Assembly: GCA_002104945.1 (NCBI GenBank)
Contig: MCFH01000023.1
Span: 682,001-746,000 of the forward strand
DNA from: Piromyces finnis finn
Lineage: Eukaryota > Fungi > Neocallimastigomycota
DNA: 64,000 bases
Direction: 5' to 3'
Positions 13,156-28,020 of the stretch are shown here, in pieces (within the stretch, counting starts at the first letter, position 1; the number at the start of each line of letters is the position of its first letter). Under the pieces are notes generated by a model. That model was not told the origin of the DNA and ran no database searches. It was given only the letters and a program-made list of their open reading frames with translations. Made by a program: the position numbers and the translations under genes.

Positions 13156-16131
13156 TTAATAGGTAAAGAATAAATTACTAGAATAAATTAAATTATGTAT
13201 ATATGGTAAGAAGAATAATGAATAGTTTTTTTCTTCTTCATACTTGAATTTGATGGCTTCTGTTTTCTAAAAGTTTTTATTGATATATAAGGTTTTTATA
13301 TTAAGTATATTTTTATATTATTATATATAATATTATTAATAGAATATACCTTTAATTTGTCAGATTCAAATATTTTTGAAATCTGGGTAATTTGTTCCAT
13401 AATTTCATTTGAAGATGGCAAATTTTCAGCAAAAACAATTCTATTCTCGAAAAAGTCTATTGTCTGTATTTTAATATCATTAATTTTCTTATTCTATTAT
13501 TTTTATTTATTATATATTGAACTTACATAGATGATATTATCAATAGGTTTCTTGAACCTTTCAATTTCTTTTAAATTGTTTATTGTATCTTTACTACGCA
13601 TAACTGAATATATTAAGTGAAGATTAGTTTTTAATGAATTAATAATACATGAATTAATAATTTCTAATAATAGCATTATTAAGTCTTCATTTATTTTTAA
13701 CTCCATATCCTGAAAATATATAATATATATAATTAATATAATATATTTATATATGAATTTTATATTTCTTCTAAGAAAAAATTGAGCTGTTACATCTTTA
13801 TTATAAATTTCATCTTTCATTATTTTGAAATATAATTTTTGAACCATATCTAATAAACTTTATTAAATATATATTATATTATGTATAAAAAAAGAATAAT
13901 TAATATTTTTGTATAACAATTATAGAATTATTATTTATATAATTATTTACTTTATTAATTTCTGGGAAACATAATAATGAATATTGTCCATTTTTGATGC
14001 TAAGTTTGCAATAATAGCAAGACAATTAGAAAGAAGATATATATCCTATTAAGTAAATATTTTGATTTTGATATGATAATTTAAAAAAAGAATAAGTATT
14101 AGGACAATAAAAAAATTTTTATTTTAAAAGTAATAGTTTAACATACTTTAAATTTTCCTATATTAATATTAATGATTTTTATTAATATTAATAATATAAA
14201 GTTACTTAGGGTAACTTTCTTTAAGTTATTGCTATTTTCAATAAACCAAGATGGGTGATTTATTTCCTAGAAAAAACAATTTATATGGATAATGATTTTT
14301 ACAAAAATGATTACAAAAAAAATAATATAAATATCAAACCTTGTAATTAATAACTTAATATATATATTTATATTATTACAATTTGTTGAAGTGTTTCGAT
14401 ATATATTTCATCTTGGCTCATTATTAATAGAGTTATCAAAATAGTATATATTTTATCAAAATTTATTTTATTTTTAAATGACATATATAGTGATTGCAAC
14501 ATAGGAAGTAACTTAATAATTATATTAATAGAAAACTTTTAATTTTTCTTTTTTCTTTTTTCTTTTTTTTTTAAATAGAATTAATATATAGTAATAAAAT
14601 TTTTACTAATAATTCTGGGTCAAACTTGGATAATGTGAACGAATGGAAAGCATCATTTTGAGATATCAATTGATATAATAATAAACATATTTCTTCATTA
14701 TCATATATTTTCCTATTAATTATATATATATATATTTTTTTTTAAAAAAGGATTATCAATATTTTGTTTTTATTTATCGACTATTATTATTATTAATTTC
14801 TTAAATTACTCATGTATTAATGTATATAGAGATTGGAAAGAAATTTTTAAATCATAGAATTCGCTTAATTCTAAATAAATAATTAATATATTTATTATAT
14901 ATACAATTTTAAATAAGCAATTTTAAATATATATTGAATATTATAACAATACCTTGATTATTTGATATGTCGTTTATTAAATTTGAAAGCTTTTTTTTTA
15001 TTAATTGGTTTGGTTGATTAGTTAATATTAAAAATATATATAAGCTTTTTCTTGAAATAGGTGATAAATTTGTTGAATTTTTTCTTAATACTTTTGCAAA
15101 TAAACTTTCTTTCTGATCATCGACATTTATTAAATTTAATAATAGCTTTGTAATAATTTTTCCTGAAAGATTTTCATTATCATTTTCACTATTTTAATTA
15201 TTTTAATGAATTATTTTTAGTATTATAAATTAATAATAAGAAGAAATAAGAGCAATAAATAATATTATAAAAGGTACCTCAGAACATTAAATAGAGTTAT
15301 TAGTAAAAGATTATCGCTTTTATTAATATCATGATGAAAATGTGTGATAGAGAATGTTATTAAAGTATTCAATATTTCTTCATAAAAGTCTATATTTCTT
15401 TCATTACTATTAATGGAAATAATTAATATATTGGGTTTAAAGTCTTTTAAATTTCTCTAAATAATTAATCTTTTATTACTTAAGTGGAAGATAAATCAAC
15501 GCATAAAATAGTTCTGTTACCAATGATTCTATGTTGGATTTTTTATCTAATATCATAAAGGATTAATTTTCTTTAATTCTATACAATAAAATCATATATT
15601 TAAACACAATACCATTAATAACATTTTCATTTAAATAGAGGTTTAAATTGTTTTTTTCGTTATTAGCTTCATCAGTATGGGTATCTTGAATAATTTCAGA
15701 AGGTTCTTTTAATATAAAAAAATTTTTATTTATATATATTCTAATTTAGGTATAATATTAAATCAATTTCAGAATCGTTATAAATAAACATATACCATAG
15801 TTATCAAAAAGTACTTTAATTTTGTCTGATGATATATTCTCAATAAAATATTTTGATAATAATTTAATAATGTATAATGCATTTCTTGTTGCTAAACTAA
15901 TTTCTCTTTTTAAAAATTTAGAAAGTTAGAATAAATTAATTATGGAAAACTAATATACATTTTATAATTTTAAATAATTTATTAATTTACTTTCTGTATT
16001 CATTTATTCTTGCAGTATTTAATTCAGATATCATAAATAATATCAATCTTGTGAAATTTCTTGAGGAATTGTTATTTTTTTCTATATCCAATTTCAAAAT
16101 TAAAAGTAAATAAATATATGTAGAGGTATAA

Positions 16132-16162
<31 letters not shown>

Positions 16163-16865
16163 TTTTGTATTATATAAATAAAGTAATAAATATACCCATT
16201 TCTGCACCAATGAAGTTTATTATAACATTTACATCAAATGATGCTTGTCTTATAAATATATAATTATTAAAATTTATATTAATATATTATATATATAAAT
16301 CTTTTATTAATTAACATTTTGTATACTTTGAATTAATAATAGGTATTTTCTCTTTTTTCAATAGTTTATTCCAAATATCATGGTTTGGATAATATCTATA
16401 GGCTGAGCTTAAATACATAAGACTCTCTATTAAATTTAGAGAATAAAAATCTTTTGAAGATTTGTATGTTTTTAGTAATGTGTTCATTGCTTCTTTATAA
16501 TTTGAATTAAAGGCATTAGGTTGATTAGAATTTCCAATTTCGGAATTAGAATTTACTTTTTTTTTTATTTTTTAATGTTGTTTGAAAAAAGAAATAATTG
16601 TATTATTATTATTTTTTTTTAGAATATATTAAAAAATAATAAATAAAAACAGTTTAATTATTTCCAAGAAAAATACTATTTAGTGATAACATTGAAATTA
16701 CATAATTTACTATGATTAATGGTTTATTATACCTGTTTTATTTATTGAATTATTATCAGGATTTTCTTCACAATGTTTTTCATTATTATCATTATCTTTT
16801 GTTATACTAATAACATTATTATTCGGTTCATTTTCTCCTTGGAGTATAGATTGCTCTTGACCCAT
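13156..16865 (-). CDS. DYM: Dymeclin (Dymeclin/HID1 family Golgi protein), multi-exon
   Basis: N-terminus MGQEQS has a myristoylation pattern as in dymeclin. Exons read YLLSNCLAIIANLA, LLLEIINSCIINSLKTNLHLIYSVM and KFKYEEEKNYSLFFLPYI, matching the dymeclin C-terminal motifs ([43 protein letters not shown]). Confidence 0.88.
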
Positions 16866-17250
16866 TTTTATTACTAACTACTTTTTATTTTTTTTTTTTT
16901 TTTACTACTATTTACCACAACACTTTTTTATTTTATTTATTTCTTTTATATAACTTTATTTATTGTACTAAATATGTATTATAAATGGTATACAGAAATT
17001 AATATATTACTAATTAATTTAATAAAAAAAGTTAAAAAAAAAAACAAATTTTTAAAAAATATTAATATTTTTTCTAATATTATTAAAATTACAAAAAAAA
17101 AAAAAAAAAGATAGTAATAACAATCTATTTTAATTAATCGGTAAAATTTTCCTTTTTAATGCATAAAAATATTAATAGACATTATCTCTTTTTATCTACT
17201 TTTTTTTAATATTTATTAAATAAAAAATACTAATCTTTTTTTTTTATAAT

Positions 17251-19068
17251 TTAAACATTTGGCCGCCCATCCCGATTTTCACTATAAATATTTTGAAAAT
17301 TTCCTTGATTATTCATATTTGGTATTTGAGTAGATATATTATAATATTGTTGTTGATATTGAGCTTGCGGCATTTGTTTAATTTCTTGAAATTGTGGATT
17401 AATTATATCATTAGTATAAGCTGGTATTGCACCAATACTATTAGTTTGTGTAGCATATACTGTTTGAATTTGAGGGTTAGTTACTGCAATAAATTGAGAT
17501 TTCCCTCCAATATTATTTGATATATTTGCAGTAGCATATGTAATGGTACCCGGTGGAGAACTTTGCGTATTAGGATTTTGTAAATTATTCATCATTGGAT
17601 TAGCTACATTCTGGGTATTTGTAGGTTGCATTGGTGGTGACATTTGTGTTCCAATTTGAGGTTGTTGTATATTTATATTTTGGGTTGTCATTTGAGCTTG
17701 AATTGGTTGTTGAATTTGTATAGGTGGTTGGATTTGAGCCTGAATAGTGTTTTGAATTGGTTGTGTCGTAGCTTGGATTTGTAGTGGTAGAGTTGTATTT
17801 GGTTGCTGAACATTTAATATAATTGGTGGACTTGATTGAACTGATGGTTGTTGTATATGCATTTGACTCATACCTTGAGTTAATTTATAGTCATAAGGAT
17901 TATAAATTTGGGTAGTAACTGGTTTTTGAAATTCATATTCATAGATTCTAGTTGGTTGTTGTATATTACCATATTCATTAATACTTGAAATTGAACTACC
18001 TCTTGATAAGTTACTAGATATATTACTGGAAGATAAAGAATTAGAAGACCAACTGTACACTGACAAATTGGTGCTTGAAGTAGATGCAGAACTACATGCA
18101 GAATAAGCTAAAGAACCTGAATTACTACTACTGTATAATGGATCATCAAATGTAGTTTGTAATGGATTAATCATAGCATAGGAATTCATATTTTGAGTTC
18201 CTTGAGCTAATGTATTAATAATACTCTGTTCTTGGGAAGGAGAACTAATATTATCAATCCATTGTCTGATATTCTCATGATTTTTATCTTGGTGTGGAGG
18301 ATTATCAAATTCATGTTTTAATGGATGATTTTCCTCGAATTTTTTGTTTTCTTCATTTAACTTTTTCTTTCTACGATTCTTTGAAGCCCTTGGAGTATAT
18401 TTATATCCTGGATTAGCTAACATATGTCTTTTTGCTTCTTCTTTAGCTCTTTGGTGGTAAATTTCTTTAACTTCTGGAGGTTCCTCTCTCCACATTTTTG
18501 CAATGATTTTTGAAATATCATTATTAGCTATACCAGGATTTTTTGCAGAAATAAGTTGATGTTTTTCACGTCTATATATAATGAAACAATTTTGAGGCCT
18601 TGGGATCTTAGATGGATTTCTACTTCTTTTCTTTTTTGTATTTGCTGTTAATGGGATTTCTGGATAACTTGTTTGTGTTGGATTTATTCCGTCAGTACTA
18701 CTTGTGGTAATATTAGAGTTTTCATTATTTAATCCTATATCATTTTCCACATCCTTTCCTTTTCCTGTTGATGTAATATTTTGTAAATTGTTTGTTGCTA
18801 AATTTTCATTATTTGAAATATTAAATGTAGTTGCCATACTATCATTTGGTTTTTGATAAAATGTGTATGATTCCCCAATATTATCCAATGAATTTGGTAA
18901 AACAGTTGATATCTTTATATCATCAATTAAATTTGTGGTTTTTGGAATAGTTGATTGAACTTGTTGATTTATATACTTTTGATTATATAAATCATTTTGA
19001 TTATTTTGACTAATTGTTGTTGGTGTGGTTGCTGTTGTATTAATATTATTTACTGCATTAGAGGACAT
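17251..19068 (-). CDS. Intronless HMG-box transcription factor (MATA_HMG / Sox-like class) with Ser-rich and Gln/Pro-rich activation-type regions
   Basis: 605-aa ORF containing KIPRPQNCFIIYRREKH...NNDISKIIAKMWREEPPEVKEIYHQRAKEEAKRHMLANPGYKYTPR, a complete sequence-specific HMG box. Confidence 0.93.
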   Translation of the reverse strand: MSSNAVNNINTTATTPTTISQNNQNDLYNQKYINQQVQSTIPKTTNLIDDIKISTVLPNSLDNIGESYTFYQKPNDSMATTFNISNNENLATNNLQNITSTGKGKDVENDIGLNNENSNITTSSTDGINPTQTSYPEIPLTANTKKKRSRNPSKIPRPQNCFIIYRREKHQLISAKNPGIANNDISKIIAKMWREEPPEVKEIYHQRAKEEAKRHMLANPGYKYTPRASKNRRKKKLNEENKKFEENHPLKHEFDNPPHQDKNHENIRQWIDNISSPSQEQSIINTLAQGTQNMNSYAMINPLQTTFDDPLYSSSNSGSLAYSACSSASTSSTNLSVYSWSSNSLSSSNISSNLSRGSSISSINEYGNIQQPTRIYEYEFQKPVTTQIYNPYDYKLTQGMSQMHIQQPSVQSSPPIILNVQQPNTTLPLQIQATTQPIQNTIQAQIQPPIQIQQPIQAQMTTQNINIQQPQIGTQMSPPMQPTNTQNVANPMMNNLQNPNTQSSPPGTITYATANISNNIGGKSQFIAVTNPQIQTVYATQTNSIGAIPAYTNDIINPQFQEIKQMPQAQYQQQYYNISTQIPNMNNQGNFQNIYSENRDGRPNV

Positions 19069-20014
19069 TTTGATAGTTTTTCCTCTTTTTTATTTTATTT
19101 TTATTTTTTTTAATTTGTTTAAATTATATCTATTATTATTATATAGATTATATATTAAAATAATATATAATATATTTGCTTCAATTTTAAAGTCTTTTAA
19201 ATTAATTTATATTTAATATATCTATTACAACATTAAAACTTATTAAAGATAAATAGAAAATTAAAGTTTTATTTTTACAAAAATAAAAAAGAATAATTTT
19301 TTTTTTCTTTTTCTTTTTTTTTTTTTTTTTTAAAAAAAAAAAGATCGTATGAATAAAAATTAATAGTAATTAAATATTAATAGAACTTATAGAAAATAAT
19401 ATACATAATTACAATTATTGTGATAATAATTATTAAGTATTTAATATATAATAAATATAAAAAATGGAGGCAATAAAAAATAATGAACTAATAAAAGTTA
19501 CTTTTAAAATTAACTGCTTAAATTTAAAGTTCAAAAATTCTTTATTTCAAATATAAAATTTAAATAATTTATTTTAATAATTCATCAAATCATATTATGA
19601 AAAAAAATTTATATTGAATATTATTAAATAAAAAAAATAAAAGTCTTACATTTTCATGTTAATTAAATCTTAATTATTAAGTTAATTGGTATAATTATAA
19701 AGATAATTCCTTTTATTTAATTAAAATTTTTAATTCTATTCAATTATATAAAATCTTTGATTTTTAATGTTAATAGACATTTTATGTATAAACGAATAAG
19801 TGATAATAAACTTTTAAAAAAAAATTTATAATTAATATTCCTTATTATTCATTTATATTTAATGAATGAAATTCAATACATTTTTTTTTTTTTCATTTAA
19901 TTTAATTTTAGGATTTTAAGTTAAACTTATATTTTTTGATAATCTAAAAAATAAAATAGAATCTACAATAAATTTTTGTGCTAAGTAATGAAAAATATAA
20001 AATAATTAGTATAT

Positions 20015-20060
<46 letters not shown>

Positions 20061-20562
20061 TTATTATAATTTATTTAAACTTTTTTTTAGTAGTAATAAT
20101 AATGGAATAGTTTATATTTTGTGTTTTTTTTTTTTCTTAATAATTATTATTTGTTTTGATTATATTTTATAGTTTCTTGTTATATTTATTTTTATTAAAT
20201 AACGGATATAACAATAATATTGATCAATAATAATAATAAAAAACAAAAAACGAAAATAAAATAACTGATAATAACTGGTACGGAGTTTGCTTATATATAT
20301 TATTCATAAAATATTATTGTTAATATTTTTTAATTGTTATAAAATAATTAAAAAATGAACATATTATTTATATTTGCTATTGCATTAATTATATTTTAAT
20401 GTTGAGTTTTCATTATAATAAATAAAACCATTTATAATATTTTTTACAAAAATTAATTTTTTATGCTATTTTAACATTATTTATTATTATTATTTTTTTG
20501 ATATTCCCCAAAATATAATTTTTATTATAAAGGTCTTTTTCTACTCTTTTATCATTAACCTA

Positions 20563-23198
20563 TTATAAATAATAAGATTTTGAAAATTCATGGGTTAATA
20601 TTATGGCTGTTACAAGAATTAATGTAGTTGCAATTGTCCATAAGGTAATTCGTTGGGATAAATAATTTCCAATAATATCCGCTTTTTCTTGTATTTTCTT
20701 GAGATGATCGTTTTTGGAATTTGGAGTAGCCATAGTTTTTTCTAGGTTTAGTCTTTCCTCTTCCTTTAATAATTTTACAATTTCTTCTTTGTTAAATGGT
20801 TTATTTGGTAATATCTTTTCACAATCATCAAAGTATCTTTTAACACAACAGAGTGGATTTAATTTTATTGATTCTTTTTTCATTAAGAAACTTACTGGAA
20901 ATTGTTCATATAAATTCCATGCTAATTCAATGGCTCCATCAACTGTAACATCCTTTGTTTGTGTTGCTATTGGTAAAAGATTGGTTAAAAATTGATGAAC
21001 GACCGAAAAGTTTGGCATTGATGTTTCAGGATCATTTTCATCTTCTTCATTGTTTGCTTCTTCATTTAATATTTGTGGGAATCTCTTATATAGTTGATCT
21101 TTTTGAGCTAATATTACAGCTGCTGCGAAATAAATAGGCATTATTGGATTATTTGATATGAAAAAATCAAAGATTCTTTCCATTTCAGAGGTATCTCTTA
21201 AATCATGGATACACCAGGTGATAACCCATGAAATTGAAAAATATGGTGGAATCATATTGTTATATACTAATTTATATATTTTTGGATCAGCATATTTTAG
21301 GATTGGATATAAAAGAGACATAACTTCTAAAGTTGGTTCTAGTGTTTCTTTCATATATTCTCTAAGCCAATATAAAGCTAAAACTTCAGCACAAGATTTT
21401 GCAATATCTTCACCTAAAACTAATAAAAGTAAGCTGCATATGTCATGATATCCTTGATAGTAATGTAAATATGAATGATCTTTTAATGAATACATAATAA
21501 CATTTGATAATTCAATTTGCTTTATAGTTTTTTCCTTTGCTTTTAAACCTATTTATTTTTCAAGTTTGATAAATAAAGAATAAATGAATAATTATGAATG
21601 ATAATACATAATTAATTTATTAGTATTAATATTTATTATTTTTATTTTTAATATTATAAAATAGAATATACCTTTTGGAAAATGAACAAATGCTCTATTA
21701 ACATCTAACATAATTTGTCTTTTATCTCTATATTCTATTTATTATTATTATTATTATTATTATTTTATTTGATTTAAAACAAAAAGCAAAATAAAGCAAA
21801 AATAATTTTTAATAAATTTTATTTTGTAAAGATTTTTATCATATTTTTATGTTTTTGTATACTTACTACTTTCATTTTCTATCTGTTTTAATTTATCCAT
21901 ACGATCTGGATCGTCATCTTCATCTTCATTTTCTAATATTAAATTTTTAGCTATAATTTTTTTTGTTTCTTCATTTTCTTTAATTTCTTGTTCATCTTCT
22001 AAAAGATTTAAACTACTACAACTACTATCAAAAATACCTTTATTTTCTTCATTATCGTTATAATAGCTTGAATGTATTTCATTTAATTTTACATCTAAAT
22101 CACCTTCAAATAACACATCATCACCATCATCATCAGTATGATTATTTTCAGTAAAATCTTCATTATTATTATTATTATTATTTGATGTTGTATTTTCTTG
22201 AACAATATTTTCAATGTTTTCATTATTTTCATCTTTTAAAGTTTCTGAATTTAAATCATCTTGTAATTCATGTATTTCTTTATTATTTTGTATTTTATTA
22301 TTAACATCTTTATCATTTTTTATTTTTGATTCACCATCATTGTTTTCATTAGAATTACTATGTTCGTTTTCATTAACATTAACATCCTGGATTTCAATTG
22401 GCTTCTGTTCGTTAGTTTCTTTTTCACTTTGTTTAATTTCTTCTTTTTCTTGTTGCTGTTGTTCTATTGATCCATTTTTAGATTCAGCTATGGCTAAATT
22501 ATTGTCTATTTTATTAACATTATCAATTTTCTCATTTTCTTCAACATTTTTGGTTTCATTATTATCCAATTTCTCATTATCATTTTGTTCATCAATTGTG
22601 TTTGAATTATCTGTATTATTTTTAATGTTTTTAATTAGTAATTATATTGTAATATTGAATATTTTCATAATAAATGTTAAGATAGAGAAAATATATTAAA
22701 AAAATAAATAATAAAATTTATTAATCTATTATATATATATTTTTTTAACAAAATTTAAAAATATTAGTTAATTATAATTATACCTTTTGTTATGTTCTCA
22801 TTATTTATCAATGTGTCAAAATTCTCTTTTATATCTTTGTCAATTTCATCTTTTATATTTTTTTCTGAATCTGTTGAAGTTACTCGTTTTTCGATAGAAT
22901 TTTGTTGTTCATTCTCAGTTTTACTTGAGTTTTCAGTTTCATTTTTATTACTAATAATTTCTTCATTGTTTTTTGATATTATTTCATTTTTTTCAGATAT
23001 ACGAATTTTTGATACATCTACATGAAGCAAAAAAGGCCAACATAATTTTCTTAATTCACTTGTTACAAATCCACCTTCTGTCTTTGATAGATTGCGTAAA
23101 CCATTTATATCATTATTTTTTAAGGCTTCTCGAATTTCAGAAATTTTATTTTTTTGCTTTTCACTGAGATTTTGTTTTCTATTCCTTAAAGAAATCAT
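20563..23198 (-). CDS. GYP8: TBC-domain Rab GAP (TBC1D20/Gyp8 family) with C-terminal membrane anchor, 4 exons
   Basis: GGFVTSELRKLCWPFLL, QIMLDVNRAFVHFP (Arg-finger region), LHYYQGYHDI (Gln finger), PYFSISWVITW and a C-terminal hydrophobic tail ITLWTIATTLILVTAIIL. Confidence 0.88.
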
Positions 23199-25222
23199 TA
23201 CCGCTATTATTATTACTGTTATTATTATTTAATGTACTAATATATAAATAAAGTAAAAAAAAAATATGTTTTTTTTTAAATGATTTATTTAAACTAAATT
23301 ATTATACTTTATATATATATATAATATATAAAAAGTTATTTTTTTTAATTTAAAATTAATAAATTTCTTTTATATACTATTATACAGTACTTTTTATTTT
23401 AAATTTTTATTCTTTATAATAATTTATTTCATAATTTAATTTAGAATATTTTTAGTTTAAAAAAAGAAAAGACTTTTATAAAATTTTTTATTTATTACAA
23501 TAAACTGTGTAAATTATACATATAAATCTTTATATTAATTTTTATGTAATACATTATTTAATTAAATTAATTTAGTAAATGGATAAATAAATAAATATTT
23601 AAATGTATAGATAATTATTAAAATAAATAAATTATTAATTAAAAAATTAATTTTATATATAATTATTTCAATGAAAAATTAAATAAATATTATATCATTA
23701 ATACATTTTATGCTAATTTATATTTTTCATAATTCATGGTTAATTGATAATTTTTATATTAATTAAATTTTAGCATATCGAGATTTATTTTATTTACAAT
23801 AGAGCATCACTATAATCTCGAAAATTATAAAACCTAAATTAATATCTATTTAAATTTTTAAATAGTTAATTAATGTAATACATATTAATGAAATATTATG
23901 AATTCATAATTAAATAATTGAAAATTAACATTATTTTTATAAAGTATTAATTATTCAAATTTAATTATACTAATTAATACTATAATAAAGATATAATCAT
24001 TAATACTAAATCTAATATATTTTAGGAAAGAAAAAAAAAATTGATATTTAAAAGTAATCCTTAATAGTAGTAATAAAAAATTTTCATTGAAAAACTTAAA
24101 CTTTTTATTCAATTATTATACATATCACATGATTTTCTTATATTTTATTTATTTTGAACATAAACCTTATTTATAATTATTTAATACATATAAATTATAT
24201 GTATATTTTACCACATAAAAATGTATAATTTGGTAATGTTGGCATATTAATTTAATTAAAACAGTGTAACATTATTTATATTTTATTAATTAGAAGAACG
24301 ATACATTCATAATATATTTAAGGTAGATTATTAACTTCATTTTAAAATATTACTTTTTTTTTTTAATTTTGAATATAAAAAACAGTATTATAAAAACATT
24401 TATTCTTTAGTATGAAAAAAAGAAAACTTTACAGTCATTTTAAAATTAAAGTTTTTATGTTTTCTTATATAAATTAATAAATTATTAATTAAATTACCCA
24501 ATCACAAATTGACCGTTGACTTTACCATGAAATTTTCAAAATTAAATTTTTATATGATATTAATTAATTTAATATTAATATTATTTAATAATAATAATTA
24601 AAAAATATATTTTATCACAAAGCAAAAAAAAAAAACATTAACAACAAACATATTAAGCAGAACATAAACAAAAAGTAAAAGTGATAAAATATAGAAGTAA
24701 AAATAAATAATGCAATAATACATATGAATAAAGAAAAAAAACAATGAACAAATATTTTTATGTATAAAAAATATAATAGTAAAAAAATATTTATTTAATA
24801 ATTATTATTTAAATACTAATTATACATTATAGATAATAGAATAGAAAAGAAATTTATAGTAAATATATTATAGTTTTCTCAATAATGTTTATTAATTAAA
24901 TTAACAATAATAATATTAATATTTTAATAAGTAAATTTACTGATAGTTTTATAACGCAAATAATTAACAATAAACAAAATTAGTAGTAAAATCAAGATAA
25001 TTAAATACCTATAAAAAAATAAAATAAATTACATAACAATAAAGGTAATAAATAAAACAACAATAACAACAATAATAATATAGAAAATTGAAACAAATAA
25101 ACAAAAAAGCAAGAACGAATAATTAAAAAGTTTCTTATTATTTATAGTATCCAAAAAAAGAATAATTATACAGTTTTCTTAATTTATAATATCCAAAAAT
25201 AGAATAATTATAATTAATAAAA

Positions 25223-27222
25223 ATGGATAACCATGAATATGAAACATTAAATGGTGATGATAATTTTGAATTAAATGATTTAAGTGAAATTAAACCAAAT
25301 ATATCAAAATCAAAAAATGAAACGGGAACTGTGTTTTCAAGTATAATTACATTATCAAATACTTTATTAGGTTCAGGAATGTTAGCTATGGTAAATAAAT
25401 ATATATATAAAAAGAATATAAAATATTTAATTTAATATATATAATGTAAATAAAAAAAAAAAAAGAAAGAAAAATTAATATGAATGAATAAATAATAAAT
25501 AATAACCATAGCCAGCGGCATTTGCATCTTCAGGTTTATATATGGGAATTTTAAATATAGCGATTTTTGGTGGTGGTGCACTATATGGTTTGTGGTTATT
25601 AACTCGTTGTGCAACATATACTGGAAGAAATTCATCATTCTTTTCACTATCTATGATTACGTTTCCAAATGCAAGCATATTCTTTGATTTAGCTATATCA
25701 ATCAAATGCTTTGGTGTTAGTGTTTCATATTTAATCATTGTGGGAGATCTTGTAAATATTTAATTATTGACATTTTTTATTAATATATTATAATTTTCTA
25801 TTATTCATGAATTACTATAATTAGCTATAATTTATTAATAATATAATAATGTATTTTATTTATATTATCTTCCATAGATGCCTATTGTCACAATAGGATT
25901 ATTTCCAAGTGTTCCAATGAATTCAGTATTGTTAACAAGAGAATTTTGGATTACAGTTTCTGTATTACTTATTATACCATTAGCTTTTATGAGAGTAATT
26001 ATTAATAATATAGTATATAATAATTATAAAAAAAAAAATTTTTTTTCTTTAATAAAAGGTCAACTAAAATTCATTATTAATTTTTATTTTATTTTTATAG
26101 AAATTGGATTCTATGCGTCATACATCATTTATTTCTTTATTGGCTATATTATACCTTTTCTTTATTGTTATATATTATTATTTTATCCCATTCCGTACAA
26201 ATGAGGTACAACTTCGTCGTGATCTAAGTAAAGATACAGTTCCTGAATTAAATCCATCATACCCTGTGAATCCTAAAGTAGAAAACTTTATATTTTCAAT
26301 GAATTTCTTTAAAAATTTACCAATCTTTGTTTTCGCATTTACATGCCATCAAAATGTAAGTATCAATATCGGTTGATCGAAAATGAAAATAAATTATATA
26401 AATAGTTAATAATTACCAAAAAAAAAAAAAAAAAAATTTATTTGTATATAAATCTAGATCCTTTCAGTTTATAATGAAATGAAAGATAATTCTCAAAAAA
26501 ATGTAAACAAGGTTATTTCATCTTCAATTGTATTTGGAATGATATTATATTGGGTAGTTGGTATTTATGGTTATTTAACATTTGGCGATCAAACTGAATC
26601 AAATGTTATTTCAATGTGTAAGTAAAATTTAAAATATTTTTTGATTGTAGAAAAAATGAAAATATTTATTATTATTATTAATATAAACTTTTTAAAAAAA
26701 TTAAATATATTTTTAGACCCAGCATCAAGTTATATTATATTATTTGGACAACTTTCAATGGTTATTATGGTTATGCTTAGTTATCCATTACAAATGTTTC
26801 CATGTAGATTATCATTGGATAAAGTATTTTATAATTTGAAAAGAATACTTAATTTTAATAATGAAGGTAGAAGTCTTATTAATCCAACAGAGACATCTTA
26901 TATGACCGCAAACCCAAGTAATCATTCTGAACCTATGTCAGATAAAAAATTCTTTTTTATGACTCTTTCTATTTTAGTATGTTCTTACGTTTTAGCTTGT
27001 TCTGTTAAAACGTTAGGTATTGTTTTGTCTATTGTTGGTGCTACTGGTTCTACTATGATTTGTTATATTTTACCAGGCATTCTTTATTATAAATTAGAAA
27101 CTGAAAATAATCATATGGCTCACAGAAAGAATAATAGAACTGTATACACCGCTTTATTTATGTTTATTATTGGTATTGTACTTATGGTTGTATGTTTATT
27201 ATCCATTTTCTTATTTGATTAA
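25223..27222 (+). CDS. Vacuolar amino-acid transporter, Aa_trans family (AVT5/6/7-like), about 6 exons
   Basis: LSNTLLGSGMLAMP, AISIKCFGVSVSYLIIVGDL, FVFAFTCHQN, LSYPLQMFPCR and VGATGSTMICYILPG; many transmembrane segments. Confidence 0.92.
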
Positions 27223-27989
27223 GAAAAAAAAAAAAAGTAATTTCTTCAGTAAATCAATCAATTTATTAATTTAGGTCATACTAATAATTCTTATTTTATT
27301 AAAAATAATATACATAAAGCAGTATGATATATATCAATATTAATTTTCCCATTATTTCTACAAAGTATTATAAAATATTGGAAAATTAATTAAAAATATA
27401 GAAATAATAATAAAAAAAGAAAATTATAAATAATTTTTTATGTATATATATTTATTAATATATATAAATTAAAAAAAAAAAAAAATTAAATATAAAATAA
27501 ATAACAGTTACTACTAATAATAGTTATGAAAATAATAATTCTTTTAGAAATAGTATTTTCAAAAAATAAAATATATATATAATAATCATATTATCTATTT
27601 AAAATAATTAATAAATCAAAAGCTAAACATTTAAATCTATTCTGTTATTACAATTATAAAAATTTCCTTTTAACAATAAAAAATTATTTTATATGTATTA
27701 TATTGTAAAATAAAAAAAAACTTTTATGTTTTATGATAAATAGAATTAATTTGATATGCAAATTAAATCAATTAAAACTAAATACAATTTTATTATTATT
27801 ATTATTTTTTTTATTTTAAGGAAAGATAAGTGAAAATATTTATATTTTGAATAAATAATCTATTAAAGTATGATCTAAAAATCTGTACTTTGTTTTGGAA
27901 TTTATTTAGTTACCAAAAAAAAAAAAAAAAAACTCAAGTTTTATAGTTGAATTACATATATTCAATATATAAAACTGTCATAAAAATCC

Positions 27990-28020
<31 letters not shown>

